From Bdellovibrionales bacterium (GTDB taxonomy: Bacteria; Bdellovibrionota; Bdellovibrionia; Bdellovibrionales; UBA1609): a stretch of 64,000 nt of DNA. Below the pieces are notes generated by a model. That model was not told where the DNA came from. It searched no databases and saw nothing but the letters and a program-made list of their open reading frames with translations. Positions within the stretch are counted from its first letter, which is position 1. Every line of letters starts with the position of its first letter. Of the stretch, positions 62,494 to 64,000 are shown one piece after another. The stretch covers positions 43,267 to 107,266 of the forward strand of contig JBFWVI010000003.1 of the NCBI GenBank assembly GCA_050246815.1, in the 5' to 3' direction. The translations under genes were made by a program, and so were the position numbers.

Positions 62494-64000
62494 TTGTTAA
62501 GCGGCCAGGGAAAAAAGTGGATCATCAAAAATGCAGAGGGACTGTTGAAGGGCCCTTACTCCACGGAAGACATTTTAAACAGAATCAGCCGCGGTGACTT
62601 CAGTGGTGAAGAGTTGATTTCGGAGTACCCCGGGGCCAATTGGTATCCTATTTCCCAAGACCCCCACTTTTACGATCGCTTACTAGATGTGCTTTCGCGT
62701 CAAGGCACGGTTAGTGAGGAGCAGGTTCCTCCGCGGTCAACAGTGCCACCTAAGGTCGCCGAGCCGTTATCCAAAACGGCCAAACTCGAAAGTGATGATC
62801 TTGAGCTGGATGAACCCGCTCGCCGTGCGCCAGCACCACCCGCGGAAACGCACTCACCAAAGAGGTCGAGCAAAAAAGAGCGTTCCCGATCACGGGCAAA
62901 GCGCGAAGACGAAGACATTGAACTTGTCGACGTAAAAAAGAAGGTCAAGCGCCAGGTCGTCAAGGGCGCGTGGAAGCCAGCGGTAGTGGCGCTGACTATT
63001 TTGGCGGCAGGACTTTATCTGCTCATGGACACATCCCAGGTGCAAGAAGAGCGCATTCACCTGCTGGCGCCGCGCACAGGGCAGTCACCAATTTCGCCAG
63101 AGCAAAGCAAGGCAAAAGTCAGCCGAGGGGTTGCGGAGTATTTGCGCGACACTTTTGCAGGCTACAACAAGGCACAAAATGAGCTCGTGCAAGTGGTCGA
63201 AGGCGCGCCAGGAAACGCCGAGGTCTTGGCGCTGCTTTGTCTGACCTATTATGAACTCTGGCCCTATGCGTTTCAGGATTCGGCCGACATGAAGGTGATT
63301 TCGCAAGTCACTCAAGCCGCCAGTATTGTTGATGGGCCGGGCATGCACGCCGCGACTTGCAAGGTGGTCGACTTGTTATTGAAGGGTCGCTATGGCGAGG
63401 CCCGAAGTTTAAGCAACTCGGTCTTAGAGGCCCACAGCAGCGGCGCTCAACCGCCGATTCCATTTTATTATTTCATGTCGATCTTGTCGGATGCCGCCAG
63501 TGACACGCGCGGTGCCATTGGATTTTTGACCACAGCGCAAGGGCTGTGGCCGCAGTGGCTCAGGGTGTTTATTTATCAAGCTCAGTTGAACACGAAGATT
63601 GAAAACTACACGGAGGCCGCGCGTATTTACCGCTCGATTTTGCAGGCCTCGCCGTCTCATGACGTGGTGAAGATCGAATTGGGATTATTGGAATACAAAC
63701 ACTTTCGCAATTTAGACCGCGGGGCCGAGTTGATCCAAGCGGGCTTACAAACCAAGGATCGTTTGCAACGCAAGACGATGTCGCGGGGTTATTTGGGTTT
63801 GGCCGAAATTTATTTGCAGCGGCGAAACACCAGCCAGGCTCTGGGCTTCGCCCGCAAAGCCTACCAGATGGACTCCACCAACTCGGTGGCGAAAAATTTG
63901 GTGGTGCAGTTGGGTGGCGCGGGCGAATTAGGCAAGACGCGCTTTAAAGCGTATCAGCTGATTGCCGAGGGCGATCAATTCTTTCGCGAAGGGGATTGCA
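62494..64000 (+). CDS. GYF_2-like domain / TM / TPR-like protein (3'-truncated; not in ORF track)
   Basis: My translation from the TTG after GAAGGAG: MLSGQGKKWIIKNAEGLLKGPYSTEDILNRISRGDFSGEELISEYPGANWYPISQDPHF; then a charged/Pro linker, one TM (about 62980-63027) and helical repeats; I found no stop codon before the window edge. Confidence 0.85.
   Translation, partial: MLSGQGKKWIIKNAEGLLKGPYSTEDILNRISRGDFSGEELISEYPGANWYPISQDPHFYDRLLDVLSRQGTVSEEQVPPRSTVPPKVAEPLSKTAKLESDDLELDEPARRAPAPPAETHSPKRSSKKERSRSRAKREDEDIELVDVKKKVKRQVVKGAWKPAVVALTILAAGLYLLMDTSQVQEERIHLLAPRTGQSPISPEQSKAKVSRGVAEYLRDTFAGYNKAQNELVQVVEGAPGNAEVLALLCLTYYELWPYAFQDSADMKVISQVTQAASIVDGPGMHAATCKVVDLLLKGRYGEARSLSNSVLEAHSSGAQPPIPFYYFMSILSDAASDTRGAIGFLTTAQGLWPQWLRVFIYQAQLNTKIENYTEAARIYRSILQASPSHDVVKIELGLLEYKHFRNLDRGAELIQAGLQTKDRLQRKTMSRGYLGLAEIYLQRRNTSQALGFARKAYQMDSTNSVAKNLVVQLGGAGELGKTRFKAYQLIAEGDQFFREGDC

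Overview
A gene-dense chromosomal segment lying just downstream of the replication origin (it opens in gyrB-gyrA, and most genes are on the + strand). Gene content and order point to a predatory Bdellovibrionota bacterium; this is inferred from a split atpZ/I/B/E F0 cluster after gyrA, three tandem parvulin PPIases, a TIGR02147/DUF4423 regulator, many orphan secreted proteins, and the order ligA-gatCAB-ppx-DUF192-LysM-PilZ-rho. Most genes are housekeeping: gyrase, F0 ATPase, PMM/PGM, pdxA, surA, etfAB, sdhCAB, rpsF/rplI, dnaB, fis, queE, ftsK, dapAB, transaldolase, ligA, gatCAB, rho, prfA, prmC and murA. The stand-out feature is a 64-aa stand-alone histone-fold gene (46542-46736) with its own consensus promoter, RBS and terminator; it resembles the Bdellovibrio histone Bd0055. 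Other observations: a DnaA-box cluster ahead of a small orphan protein with a beta-clamp-binding-like motif; four sigma54 promoters in front of exported proteins; a sigma28 promoter on the PilZ gene; an S6:S18 leader RNA retained although rpsR is absent from the operon; rpmE also absent from its usual slot; a catalytically degenerate FolK-like protein; an ATP synthase c subunit with a signal-peptide-like extension; and a GYF-TM-TPR gene at the right edge that the ORF track missed. I saw no rRNA, tRNA, CRISPR array, prophage or IS element. All family assignments come from motif recognition by eye; no database search was run.
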